Shown: positions 8,729 through 18,709 of the stretch, in pieces | Numbering within the stretch: position 1 is the first letter of the stretch | Layout of the letters: every line of letters starts with the position of its first letter | IMG/VR virus record: IMGVR_UViG_3300027708_002747 | Span: 1 to 64,000 of that record | DNA: 64,000 nt | Source: a virus | Reading direction: 5' to 3' (one strand) | The notes under the pieces: generated by a model | What the model saw: the letters and a program-made list of their open reading frames with translations, nothing else | Told to the model about the DNA's origin: nothing | Database searches by the model: none | Position numbers and translations under genes: made by a program

Positions 8729-9601
8729 ATGGAATTTAATAAAGAATACTTTAGTTCACCATATTACTTCTATATCAAAGAGGGTAAAGATAGTATTTCC
8801 GTTTATTTTAGTGTTTCAAATACTTTAACTGAAGCTAGAAAAAAAGACGAAATTGTAAAATTTGATAAAAAAGACAAAGAAGAAGTTAAAAAAACAATTT
8901 CAAAAATTCAAAAAGAAAAAAAATTAAAAAATAATTCCGACGTTAAAAAAACTTTAAATAAGAAAAAAGACGAGTTAGAAGAACTAGTTGACTACGATGG
9001 TTCTTTTTTAAGTTCCAAAATTCCAATCTACAATCCATACCTTTCACCAAAGGGTACAATGGACCAAGAGGTTGTTGCAACAAGACAAACAAACAATCCT
9101 ATAACTCGTGGATATCGTGTATATTGGGGTGAGGGTGAAGAAGAAACAGACGAGGTAATTAATGAAACTGATTTTTCAGATGCATTTGGTTATGAAGAAA
9201 CAAAAGACAAAAATGGGCCTGAAACATTTAAAACATTTGTAAAAGAATTAGGTTTAGATAAAGAGGAAGCCGCCGATAGAACAAGACAACAAGGTAAAGA
9301 ACCTGACCCTAAAAAACATAAAATAAAATTACAAAATGTCCCTAAAAAAATAAAAAAACAAAAAGGGTTTATTGATAAAATGACAATCTCTGAGAAATCA
9401 GAACTTGAAAATATTAAAAAACAACAAGTTTTTGACATGGTTGAAGATATTGTTTTAGGTAAAAAAAGTTCAGACAAAGAAGTAGGTAAAAAGAAAAATA
9501 CTCTTAGTAAGTTACTAATGAAGAATTTGGAAAATATAAAGAAAATTGCAGATAAAGAAGGTATTGAAATAAATGACTTGGTTAAAATATTGAAGAAATG
9601 A
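8729..9601 (+). CDS. Hypothetical Lys/Glu-rich protein, possibly head-internal
   Basis: Long ORF with TATTTAT upstream; LTEA, INET and ISEK are candidate protease sites. Confidence 0.6.
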   Translation: MEFNKEYFSSPYYFYIKEGKDSISVYFSVSNTLTEARKKDEIVKFDKKDKEEVKKTISKIQKEKKLKNNSDVKKTLNKKKDELEELVDYDGSFLSSKIPIYNPYLSPKGTMDQEVVATRQTNNPITRGYRVYWGEGEEETDEVINETDFSDAFGYEETKDKNGPETFKTFVKELGLDKEEAADRTRQQGKEPDPKKHKIKLQNVPKKIKKQKGFIDKMTISEKSELENIKKQQVFDMVEDIVLGKKSSDKEVGKKKNTLSKLLMKNLENIKKIADKEGIEINDLVKILKK

Positions 9602-10008
9602 ATAGTGATATGTACGGGAAACAATACCAAGTCCCACAAGATGTTTTGAGTTCATTAGAAAATCATAAAGATGAAACTACAATAAATAATATTTTCACCA
9701 AAGGTTATCTAACATATCAAAATATGAAAAAAATACTTCACGATATTGATAACAATAAGTTTGAGGGTAAAGATTTAAGTTCTTTAAAATCATTTATCAC
9801 CCAAAATTTAGGTTCAGATAGAGGAAGTATTAATAGACAAAAAAGAGATGCAAGTGATTCAGGTATGCAAAACCAATATTTATCAACACATCAAAAGAGT
9901 GACCCAAGAAATATTACAAATAAACCACATTCAAAATTATATGAAAATAATAAAGAAGTGGTTGAGAATTTAAAAAGAATAAACGAAATAATGAGACAAA
10001 TACTTTAA
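9598..10008 (+). CDS. Hypothetical protein
   Basis: ATGA-coupled ORF; C-terminal ENLKRINEIM motif. Confidence 0.6.
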   Translation: MNSDMYGKQYQVPQDVLSSLENHKDETTINNIFTKGYLTYQNMKKILHDIDNNKFEGKDLSSLKSFITQNLGSDRGSINRQKRDASDSGMQNQYLSTHQKSDPRNITNKPHSKLYENNKEVVENLKRINEIMRQIL

Positions 10009-10012
10009 AATT

Positions 10013-10306
10013 ATGGCAGCAGAAAAAGAACCAGTTGACACACAACAACCATCTAATAAATTATCTGAGATTTCAGACAGAATTAGAAAAGATTTAATTA
10101 CCAGAAATAACTACGGTGGTGACAAAAACATCTACGGAGCAACAAACAAAGATGCTATCGGAGATGGTGACCTACAAGGTAAAGGTACAGGTAGTTTCTT
10201 AGACATCTATAACGGTGGTAACATCACCGATAATGTTGAGAGAAAAAGTGAAATTAAAATAAATGCATATCAACCAGAAAAACCTTATACGATTCCAACT
10301 GCGTAA
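10013..10306 (+). CDS. Hypothetical protein
   Basis: ORF in operon context; Gly-rich DG..GKGTG core. Confidence 0.6.
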   Translation: MAAEKEPVDTQQPSNKLSEISDRIRKDLITRNNYGGDKNIYGATNKDAIGDGDLQGKGTGSFLDIYNGGNITDNVERKSEIKINAYQPEKPYTIPTA

Positions 10307-10710
10307 TGAAACTTTACAATATTTTAAAAAAAGTTATTGTTGAAGCAAGTACTGATGATATTACCTCCTCGATAAGAAATAAAAATTTGGTAACAATTTA
10401 TTATGACGGGGATGATGATGGGAACTTTACAGGAAAAGGTTTAAGAGTTATTGAACCATTCTGTTACGGAACATCAAAAAAAGGTAATATGGTAATCAGA
10501 GCTTGGGACCGTGAAGGTGCCTCGTATACTGGCTCAAAAGGTGAACAACCTTTACCAGGATGGAGGTTATTTAGAGTTGATAGAATGGGAAGTTATTCTG
10601 TTAACCCTTTAGAAAATTTCACAGAACCAAGGCCACTCTACAATCCTGATGATAAGGGTATGGTAGGACTAAAAATATGTGCAAAATTTGAATTAGAAAA
10701 CAATGGATAG
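10306..10710 (+). CDS. Stand-alone WYL-domain protein
   Basis: VTIYY, R.IEPFCYG, IRAW and WRLFRVDRM motifs. Confidence 0.75.
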   Translation: MKLYNILKKVIVEASTDDITSSIRNKNLVTIYYDGDDDGNFTGKGLRVIEPFCYGTSKKGNMVIRAWDREGASYTGSKGEQPLPGWRLFRVDRMGSYSVNPLENFTEPRPLYNPDDKGMVGLKICAKFELENNG

Positions 10711-11287
10711 TTTAATAGAAAAATTAATGGTGTCTAAAAAAATCATGGATAGACACAACGAAATGGATAAAGGAATCGCCCCAAAACCAAGTAGGTCTAA
10801 TATGTCCGAATCGTATTCTCCATCAGAGTATAGTGAGGCTCCAATACCTGCAACTTACAACATACCTGAAGAATTTTTATCTTCAGCTCCACAGACACCT
10901 AAAGCTCCACCGGCAGTAATGACTGAAGATAGAATTAGAAATTCAAAATTACCCGATGCAATTAAACAATTAATGATGGAGCATCCAATACAACAACCAC
11001 AATCATACGCCCCAACATTATCAAATGAGGTTATTGAAAAAGCCGCAAGATTAATGGGTAATAAGAAGGAAATTGTTGTTGAGAATAAAAAACAACAACC
11101 AAATTCAACATCTTATGGTATAAGTGCCTCTGACATCAAAAAAATTGTTAGAGAAACAGTTGAAGAAGTATTAAGTGAAAATGGATTAATGGTTGAATCA
11201 ACTCAAAAATCTAATGAGGTTATGACTATTAAAGTTGGTAAACACATTTTTGAAGGTAAAATTTTAAAAATTAAAAAAGTTCAGTAA
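10703..11287 (+). CDS. Hypothetical protein
   Basis: Overlapping ORF followed by a terminator; internal IKKIVRETVEEVLSE motif. Confidence 0.6.
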   Translation: MDSLIEKLMVSKKIMDRHNEMDKGIAPKPSRSNMSESYSPSEYSEAPIPATYNIPEEFLSSAPQTPKAPPAVMTEDRIRNSKLPDAIKQLMMEHPIQQPQSYAPTLSNEVIEKAARLMGNKKEIVVENKKQQPNSTSYGISASDIKKIVRETVEEVLSENGLMVESTQKSNEVMTIKVGKHIFEGKILKIKKVQ

Positions 11288-11310
11288 CACATTTTAAATA
11301 TCAAATTATT

Positions 11311-11336
11311 GTCCCCTTTATGGGGACTTTTTTTTT
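11311..11336 (+). terminator. Intrinsic terminator
   Basis: GTCCCC-tttat-GGGGAC hairpin followed by T9. Confidence 0.8.
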
Positions 11337-11379
11337 ATTATAGTTGAATTATAGATGTGTTATTATTATCTTTTAGATT

Positions 11380-12594
11380 ATGAAAGAAAAAATTAAAGTT
11401 TTAGTCATACCTTCTGACACAACGGGTGTTGGTAGATTTAGGTCAATTACTCCACACACTCATTTACAAGCAAAATATGGTGATGATTTTCATGTTGATA
11501 TTGAGTTTAATCCAAATTTAAACGATTTAAATTTTTTTAAAAATTATCAAATTGTCCATTTCCACCGTTCATTAGGACAAGACATGGATTTATCCATTCA
11601 GGTAATCCCAATTTTAAATGCCATGGGTATTATAACAATTGCCGATATTGATGATTATTGGTTGCCAGGAAAAGAACATCCACTTCATCAATTAATTATC
11701 CAAGAAAAAATACACGAAAAGATTGTTAATAATTTAAAACTTGCGAAATACGTTACAACAACAACTGAAATATTTGCAGATGAAATTCGTAAGTTTAACA
11801 AGAATGTTGTAATTTTACCTAACGCAATTGACCATAAGGAAGGTCAGTTTAATGAACCAACCGAAGAATCTGATTTAGTTAGAGTTGGTTGGTTAGGTGG
11901 CTCATCTCACTTACATGATTTAATGTTACTTGATGGTATGGTTTCAAAACTATCTGATATTAAAGATAAATTACAATATGTAGTTTGTGGATTTGATACT
12001 CGTGGTATGATGACCGAAATTAATCAACAAACTGGTGAAAGAACACAAAGACCAATCAAACCACACGAAACAGTATGGTATGACTATGAGAAGATTTTCA
12101 CAAATAACTATTCAATTATTTCACCTGAATATAAAAATCATTTGGAATTATTTGTTGAGACACCATTTGAAAATGAAAAGAACTTACCATATCGTAGAGT
12201 ATGGACAAAACCTGTTACATCTTACGCACGTAACTACTCAAAATTTGACATATCTTTGGCACCGATTAAGCAACACATGTTTAACAAGGTAAAATCACAA
12301 CTTAAAGTTATTGAGGCAGGTTTTTATAAAAAAGCATTAATTGCAACCAATTATGGTCCTTATACCATTGATTTAAAACACGCAATGAAAAATGGTGAGT
12401 TTACTGATGGAAACGCATTACTAGTTGAAGACGCAAGAAACCATAGTGATTGGGCGAAATATATTAAGAAATTAGTTCAAAACCCAAACATGAGAATTGA
12501 TATGGGTGAAAGATTATATGAACACGTTTCACAACGATACAGTTTAGATGTGGTTACAAAAACAAGAGCAGAATTTTATAAATCAATAGTATGA
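11380..12594 (+). CDS. GT-B (GT4-like) glycosyltransferase
   Basis: DIDDYW, VGWLGGSSH..D, DISLAP, FNKVKSQLKVIEAG. Confidence 0.8.
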   Translation: MKEKIKVLVIPSDTTGVGRFRSITPHTHLQAKYGDDFHVDIEFNPNLNDLNFFKNYQIVHFHRSLGQDMDLSIQVIPILNAMGIITIADIDDYWLPGKEHPLHQLIIQEKIHEKIVNNLKLAKYVTTTTEIFADEIRKFNKNVVILPNAIDHKEGQFNEPTEESDLVRVGWLGGSSHLHDLMLLDGMVSKLSDIKDKLQYVVCGFDTRGMMTEINQQTGERTQRPIKPHETVWYDYEKIFTNNYSIISPEYKNHLELFVETPFENEKNLPYRRVWTKPVTSYARNYSKFDISLAPIKQHMFNKVKSQLKVIEAGFYKKALIATNYGPYTIDLKHAMKNGEFTDGNALLVEDARNHSDWAKYIKKLVQNPNMRIDMGERLYEHVSQRYSLDVVTKTRAEFYKSIV

Positions 12595-13289
12595 TAAAGC
12601 ACCCATTACACAAAATCTTATTCATTGACATTGAAACTGTTGGAGTTTCAAGTAATTATGAAAATTTCAAAAAGGATTACCCTGAACTTCATTTCCAATT
12701 TATTAATTATTTAGATTGGTTTAAAAAAAGGTTTCCTGAAGATAGTGAATTAAGTTTAGACCAAATTTTTGTTAACCGTGCTGCGTTAGTTCCCGAATTT
12801 TCAAAGATTGTTTGTGTTTCAGTAGGATTTGTTGACCCAAAGGGTGATGTTAAGAAACAAAGTTTTTTTAACTCAGATGAAAAAGCGTTACTTAAAGACG
12901 CTAACACATTATTAAATCGTGTAGATAAATTAGGATTTATTCTTTGTGGGCATAACCTTAAGAATTTTGATATTCCTGTATTGGCAAAAAGAATGTTAGT
13001 TAATGGTATTTTACCATCATCTATCTTACCATCTTACGATACTAAGCCATGGGAGATTAAAGCAATCGACACAAAAGAAATTTGGCAGTACGGACAATTT
13101 GGAGCTATCAGTTCATTAGAATTAATGTGTGTATCACTTGGTATTGAAAGTCCTAAAAACATGGAAGTAACGGGTAATAAAGTTCATAACGCATTTTGGA
13201 ATGAAAACAAATACCAAGAAATACAAGAGTATTGTGAAAAGGACGTTGAAGTATTAATAAAAGTTTTAATTAAATTAACTAACTTATGA
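12591..13289 (+). CDS. PolB-like 3'-5' exonuclease (DEDDy)
   Basis: FIDIET, GHNLKNFDIP, YCEKDV. Confidence 0.85.
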   Translation: MIKHPLHKILFIDIETVGVSSNYENFKKDYPELHFQFINYLDWFKKRFPEDSELSLDQIFVNRAALVPEFSKIVCVSVGFVDPKGDVKKQSFFNSDEKALLKDANTLLNRVDKLGFILCGHNLKNFDIPVLAKRMLVNGILPSSILPSYDTKPWEIKAIDTKEIWQYGQFGAISSLELMCVSLGIESPKNMEVTGNKVHNAFWNENKYQEIQEYCEKDVEVLIKVLIKLTNL

Positions 13290-13870
13290 TTAAAGAATTA
13301 AATTTTAAAGATGAATTAGAAACATTACAAAATTTTCTAAAACAAATGTCTGAAACCAATACAGACGAAAACGAGTTATTAATCTCAAATGAGGTTTTAG
13401 AACAATTAGGTGATGAAATGGAAAATATGGTATATAAAGTTGACCTTAACTATTCTTCAAAAGAAGGAAGATTATTAAGTTACAATTATGAATCCGATAG
13501 TGGGTTTGACTTATACTCTATTGAACAAATCACTATACCTGCATTTGGTAGAGCTTTAGTTCCAACAGGTATTGTTTTAGATATACCTGAAGGATTTGAG
13601 GTACAGATAAGGTCTAAAAGTGGTTTAGCATTAAATCAAGGATTAATGGTGTTAAATAGTCCTGGTACAATCGACCAAGGATATATTGGTGAGATTAAAG
13701 TGATAATCTTTAACACTAATAACCATTCAGTAATCGTTGAGAGAGGTATGAAAGTCGCTCAAGCGGTTTTAGCTAATGTAGTTAGTGGTAAATTTGTAAC
13801 ATTAAATAAAATTGAGAACGTAGAACAAAAAGAAAGAGGTTCTAATGGTTTTGGAAGTACAGGAATCTAA
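13286..13870 (+). CDS. dut: dUTPase with acidic N-terminal extension
   Basis: SGFDL, RSKSG, GTIDQGYIGEI, AQ, RGSNGFGSTG. Confidence 0.95.
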   Translation: MIKELNFKDELETLQNFLKQMSETNTDENELLISNEVLEQLGDEMENMVYKVDLNYSSKEGRLLSYNYESDSGFDLYSIEQITIPAFGRALVPTGIVLDIPEGFEVQIRSKSGLALNQGLMVLNSPGTIDQGYIGEIKVIIFNTNNHSVIVERGMKVAQAVLANVVSGKFVTLNKIENVEQKERGSNGFGSTGI

Positions 13871-14499
13871 TGTTAGAAAAATATTTTGATAAAATATATT
13901 GTATAAATTTAGATAGAAGAACAGACAGATGGGAACATTTTTTAAATCAATCTAAAAAATTTAATTTAAATAAGTTTGAGAGAGTTTCTGCGGTTGATGG
14001 TAGTAAATTAAATTTATCGGATTTTGGTAACTACCTAAATCATGGAGAGTTAGGTTTAGTACTTACAACTATTAAAATTTTTGAGGATTCAATACAAAAC
14101 AATTATCAAAAAATTTTAATATTAGAAGATGATTGTGTTTTTGAAAATGAATTAGATAAAATTGATTTATTTTTTGAAAACCTCCCAACCGATTGGGATA
14201 TGATTTACTTTGGGGGTAACCATAATGAACATGGCGGATATCCTGAACCTATAGTAATTAATGACTATGTTAAAAAAGTTTTATATACTTATTCATCACA
14301 CATGATTGGGTTTAATATAAAAATATATGAAAAAATAATATCATCGTTAAAAACTAATCAGTTTCCTGTTGATATTGTTTATTCTTTGTTACAAAAGGAA
14401 AATAATTGTTATACTTTCTACCCAAGACTATCAACACAATTAATTGATTTTTCAGACATACAAAATAAAGTTACAGATTATAATTGGTTAATAAAATGA
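13870..14499 (+). CDS. GT25 glycosyltransferase
   Basis: YCINLDRRTDRW, SAVDG, GELG, LILEDD, WDMIYFG. Confidence 0.85.
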   Translation: MLEKYFDKIYCINLDRRTDRWEHFLNQSKKFNLNKFERVSAVDGSKLNLSDFGNYLNHGELGLVLTTIKIFEDSIQNNYQKILILEDDCVFENELDKIDLFFENLPTDWDMIYFGGNHNEHGGYPEPIVINDYVKKVLYTYSSHMIGFNIKIYEKIISSLKTNQFPVDIVYSLLQKENNCYTFYPRLSTQLIDFSDIQNKVTDYNWLIK

Positions 14500-16517
14500 T
14501 TACAATAGGATACAGTACAAGAAAATCTAATTCAGAATTACAAGAATATTTAAAAAAATCTTGTGGTCACCCAAAAACTGAGGTAATTGAAAAAGTTACT
14601 AATGGAGAAAAAAACTTATCACAAGTTTATAATGAAATAATTTCAGAATCATCAAATGACATTGTAGTTCTTTGTCATGATGATATCTATTTTGACACTA
14701 AAAATTGGGGTCAAAAATTAGAAAAACTATTTGAAAAAAATGAAGAGTTTTCAGTAATTGGTATTGCTGGAACTACTGAAATGCATAAAAGTGGTATGTG
14801 GTGGGAAGATAGAAGTAAAATGTGTGGTATAGTAAATCATGAACACAACGGAAAAAAATGGGAGTCAAGATATTCAGATTCTTTACAAAATTCAATTAAA
14901 GAAGTTGTCATTGTTGATGGTTTATTTATTGCGATTAATAAAAATAAAATTAAACATACTTTTGACGAGACGGTTAGTGGATTTCACATGTATGATGTAA
15001 ATTTTTGTTTTAGAAATTATTTAGAAAATGTTAAAATAGGTGTAACAACAAGTGTTAGGGTTACTCATAAATCAGTTGGTGAAACCAATAACCTATGGGA
15101 AAAAAATAGAGTTATTTTTTCTAAAAAATACAAATCAAATTTACCAACAAAAATAAAATTACCTAATCTAAATGATTCAACAATTTTAGTTTTTACAGAT
15201 AATCAATTAACTGATAGTTTTGTATATGGTTTTTCAAAACAGTTAAATAAAATTTCAAATGTTTCGGTACTTTCGGTTAATAAAAATATAAATGTTTTAA
15301 ATTATTTAAATTTAAATAAAATTACGTTTATTGATATTCAATCCACACCAGGGTATAAAGTTGGTGATGGTAAATGGTATATTAATACACCTAACGGTCC
15401 TGAATTAACACAACCAAATAATTACTATAAAATTTCAGAACCAAAAATTGATTTAATAATATTTGATGATACTAAATTTTCTTCTATATTAAATAATCTT
15501 TATCCAAACGTTAATAAAGTTTTGTTACTAGAAGATACCAAAAATTTTAATAATGAAATCATTGAGTTTAAAACTGTTAGAAAAATTTTATTTTCAAATT
15601 CAGATGTTAAAACAAATTTAGTTTCTACAAATGATTTCCCAAATGAAAAAATTGATGTTTTTGAAAATTATGAAAATATTGAAAATTCATTTTTAGATAT
15701 TTTAAATTTATATGAAGAAAATAATGAATCAAAAAAAATAAAAATTTTAACAGGATTTTCAGATAAAGGGGGTTCAACAACCGTATTTGTTAATTTAACA
15801 AATGAGTTTAATAAACTTGGTTATGATTGTACATTATACGGTCCTCATAATTGGCATTTAGATAAATGTAAATCAAAATTAAGTAATGAATTAGTAATTA
15901 ACAAAGAAGATATTTTAATATCTCATTTTGTTGATTTAGGCCAAAGACCTCCCGCAGATAAAGTAATTTTAGCATGTCATGAAAAAAACTTATACGAAGT
16001 ATCTACTAAAAGACAGTTTTGGGACACCGCAGTTTTTATAAATGACACTCATAGAATTTACCATTCAGGTTATACTGGAGATTTTAAAATAATACCAAAT
16101 TTAAAAACTAATTTATCTAAGATTGATAAAACTGATAAAAATTTAATCGCCGGAGTAATTGGGTCAATTGATGAAAATAAACAAACTCATATATCAATTA
16201 AACGAGCGTTAGAAGATGGATGTGAAAAAATATATGTATTTGGTAGCATAAATGACTCAAATTATTATAACAATTTTGTTCGTCCATTATTGTCAGATAT
16301 TGTTATACATAAAGGTCATATGGATAACAAACAAGAAATATATAATATGATAGGTAAAGTTTATCAGTCATCAATTAGTGAATGTGCGTCTTTAGTTAAA
16401 GACGAATGTTATCAAACAGGTACTGAATTTTTTGGAAATGAATCAACTAAAAATGATGTATCAATTTTAGAAAATTCTGAAATAATAAATAAATGGATTG
16501 AATTATTAGAATTATAA
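14496..16517 (+). CDS. Multidomain glycosyltransferase (GT-A N-terminal plus GT-B-like C-terminal regions)
   Basis: VVLCHDDIYF, VDGLF, FDE..GFHMYD; later GGSTT and GVIGSIDENKQ. Start taken at MITIGYS. Confidence 0.7.
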   Translation: MITIGYSTRKSNSELQEYLKKSCGHPKTEVIEKVTNGEKNLSQVYNEIISESSNDIVVLCHDDIYFDTKNWGQKLEKLFEKNEEFSVIGIAGTTEMHKSGMWWEDRSKMCGIVNHEHNGKKWESRYSDSLQNSIKEVVIVDGLFIAINKNKIKHTFDETVSGFHMYDVNFCFRNYLENVKIGVTTSVRVTHKSVGETNNLWEKNRVIFSKKYKSNLPTKIKLPNLNDSTILVFTDNQLTDSFVYGFSKQLNKISNVSVLSVNKNINVLNYLNLNKITFIDIQSTPGYKVGDGKWYINTPNGPELTQPNNYYKISEPKIDLIIFDDTKFSSILNNLYPNVNKVLLLEDTKNFNNEIIEFKTVRKILFSNSDVKTNLVSTNDFPNEKIDVFENYENIENSFLDILNLYEENNESKKIKILTGFSDKGGSTTVFVNLTNEFNKLGYDCTLYGPHNWHLDKCKSKLSNELVINKEDILISHFVDLGQRPPADKVILACHEKNLYEVSTKRQFWDTAVFINDTHRIYHSGYTGDFKIIPNLKTNLSKIDKTDKNLIAGVIGSIDENKQTHISIKRALEDGCEKIYVFGSINDSNYYNNFVRPLLSDIVIHKGHMDNKQEIYNMIGKVYQSSISECASLVKDECYQTGTEFFGNESTKNDVSILENSEIINKWIELLEL

Positions 16518-16525
16518 TTTGAAAA

Positions 16526-17224
16526 ATGGTTATAGGTAACGGTTCAATTGCTAAAGTGTTCAAACAAGAATTTGAAAATGATGATTCAGTAATTATTTTT
16601 GCGTCAGGAGTTTCAAATTCAAATGAAAAAAACTTAAGTGAATATCAAAGAGAAACTATCCTATTACAAAATACTTTAACAAAGTTCCCTGAAAAAAAAA
16701 TAGTTTATTTTAGTAGTATATCTTCAAAATATGTAAATTCCCAATATTTTAACCATAAAGAATTAATGGAAAATTTAATTATTAAAAATTCAAATAATTT
16801 TATAATAATTAGATTACCACAAATAATAAGCAATAGTGGAAATCAAAATAACTTGATTAATTTTTTGGTTAATTCAATTAGAAATAATCATAGTTTAGAA
16901 ATACAAAAAGATGTTTGTAGAGCTTTGATTGATGTTGATGATTTAAAGAAAGTAACTTTAGAAGTAATTAAAAATTTTAACAATAAGATTTTAAATTTTT
17001 CTAAAATTGAAAACATTACAGTTGTTAATTTATGTGAGATGATTTTTAAAATTTTAGATTCTAAGGTTAAAATCGTTGAAGTTCCCCCAAAATTTAATAC
17101 CCCTAATTTGAACAATAGTCCTGAAATAGATAATATTTTAGAACACTTAATAGATAAAAAAAATTATACAAATAAAATTTTAAAAAAATATTTAACAAAT
17201 GGTAATTCTAACAGGATTTTATAA
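16526..17224 (+). CDS. NAD-dependent epimerase/dehydratase-like protein
   Basis: IGNGSIA, FASGVSNS, YFSS, Y..HK, IIRLP. Confidence 0.75.
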   Translation: MVIGNGSIAKVFKQEFENDDSVIIFASGVSNSNEKNLSEYQRETILLQNTLTKFPEKKIVYFSSISSKYVNSQYFNHKELMENLIIKNSNNFIIIRLPQIISNSGNQNNLINFLVNSIRNNHSLEIQKDVCRALIDVDDLKKVTLEVIKNFNNKILNFSKIENITVVNLCEMIFKILDSKVKIVEVPPKFNTPNLNNSPEIDNILEHLIDKKNYTNKILKKYLTNGNSNRIL

Positions 17225-17921
17225 CGCTGAAAAATATGTTGAAAGAAGTATTCTTTCAATAATGGGACAAACATATAAGGATTTTACATGTTATATAACC
17301 CATGACATGTCTACCGATAGTTCGGTTCAAAAAATAAAAGATTTAATTAAAGATGATAAAAGATTTATCTTAATAGATGAATACGATAAAAAATTATATC
17401 AAGCTGGTAATTTTGATAGAACTATCAGGAATAATCCAAATATCTCAGACAATGAATTGTTAATTGAAGTTGATGGTGATGATTGGTTACCGGATTCAAA
17501 AGTATTTGAAAGAATTAACAACGTATATGAAGACCCAAATGTTTGGATTGCTAATGGTAGTTTCAAATACTCTAATGGGCAATCCGGGTTTTCAAGTCCT
17601 CAAACAAATTTTGACAATCTAAGACAAAATAGATTTACCGCATCTCACATTAGGACTTGGAGAGCGTTTTTATGGCGAAATATTAAAGAAGAAGATTTAC
17701 GAGATGAAAACGGAAATTACTGGCAATGGAGTGGTGATTTGTGTTTTATGTATCCTATGTTAGAAATGTCAGGTTCTGAACATTACAAATTTATGCCCGA
17801 AATTAATTATGTTTATAATGGTGAAAATCCAATTAATGAACATAAGGTTGATATGACTATGGTTAATGACCACGCAACAAAAATTAGAAATAAAACTCCT
17901 TATCAAAAGTTAATCAGATAA
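17199..17921 (+). CDS. GT2 glycosyltransferase
   Basis: YNAEKYV, DMSTD, VDGDDWL. Confidence 0.85.
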   Translation: MVILTGFYNAEKYVERSILSIMGQTYKDFTCYITHDMSTDSSVQKIKDLIKDDKRFILIDEYDKKLYQAGNFDRTIRNNPNISDNELLIEVDGDDWLPDSKVFERINNVYEDPNVWIANGSFKYSNGQSGFSSPQTNFDNLRQNRFTASHIRTWRAFLWRNIKEEDLRDENGNYWQWSGDLCFMYPMLEMSGSEHYKFMPEINYVYNGENPINEHKVDMTMVNDHATKIRNKTPYQKLIR

Positions 17922-18685
17922 TGATATCAGCAAGATTACAAGGTGGGTTAGGGAACCAAATGTTTCAAATTGCTTCTGCAGTTTCATTAGCGATATCTAA
18001 TAATAATACATATTCTTTTAATTTTGATGAGTGTTTTACACCAAATCAAGGTAATAAATCAACCAAATATGTAGATAATATATTTAAAAACATCCCAAAC
18101 TATAAAAATTATATTTTTGATAAAATTTATAATGAACCTAAGTTTTCATTTTCTGAAATACCATATCAAAAAAATCTTTTATTAAATGGGTATTTTCAAA
18201 GTGAAAAATATTTTAAAAAAAATTCTGATATTATTAAAAAATTATTTTACATTGACGAAAAAGATATCAAAAACATATCAACTAAGTACGATACAAAAAA
18301 TTTAACTTGTGTACACGTAAGAAGAGGTGACTATTTAAAATTCAAAGACTTTCATTTTACTTGTGATATTAATTACTATCAAAATGCAATTAATATAATC
18401 AATGATACTAAATTCATATTCATTTCAGATGACATGGATTGGGTTAAATCTACATTCAAATCTGATAATTTTTTATACTCAGATTTAAATGATGAAATTT
18501 TAGATTTAACTTTAATTACTATGTGTAAAAATGTTATAATATCTAACAGTTCATTTAGTTGGTGGGGGTCATATCTCAATGATAATAATGGTAAAATAAT
18601 TGCACCAAAAAAATGGTTTGGGCCATCAGGTCATAAAGATATCCAAGACATTATTCCAAATGATTGGATTATAATTGATAATTAA
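17921..18685 (+). CDS. GT11 alpha-1,2-fucosyltransferase-like
   Basis: GGLGNQMFQ, GYFQSEKYF, HVRRGDY, SNSSFSWW. Confidence 0.9.
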   Translation: MISARLQGGLGNQMFQIASAVSLAISNNNTYSFNFDECFTPNQGNKSTKYVDNIFKNIPNYKNYIFDKIYNEPKFSFSEIPYQKNLLLNGYFQSEKYFKKNSDIIKKLFYIDEKDIKNISTKYDTKNLTCVHVRRGDYLKFKDFHFTCDINYYQNAINIINDTKFIFISDDMDWVKSTFKSDNFLYSDLNDEILDLTLITMCKNVIISNSSFSWWGSYLNDNNGKIIAPKKWFGPSGHKDIQDIIPNDWIIIDN

Positions 18686-18709
18686 AAATAGATTTATTAT
18701 ACTTGTTAC

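Noticed and set aside
9190-9639. 149-aa hydrophobic minus-strand ORF
   Set aside because: Shadow of a Lys/Glu-rich plus-strand gene; no independent motifs.
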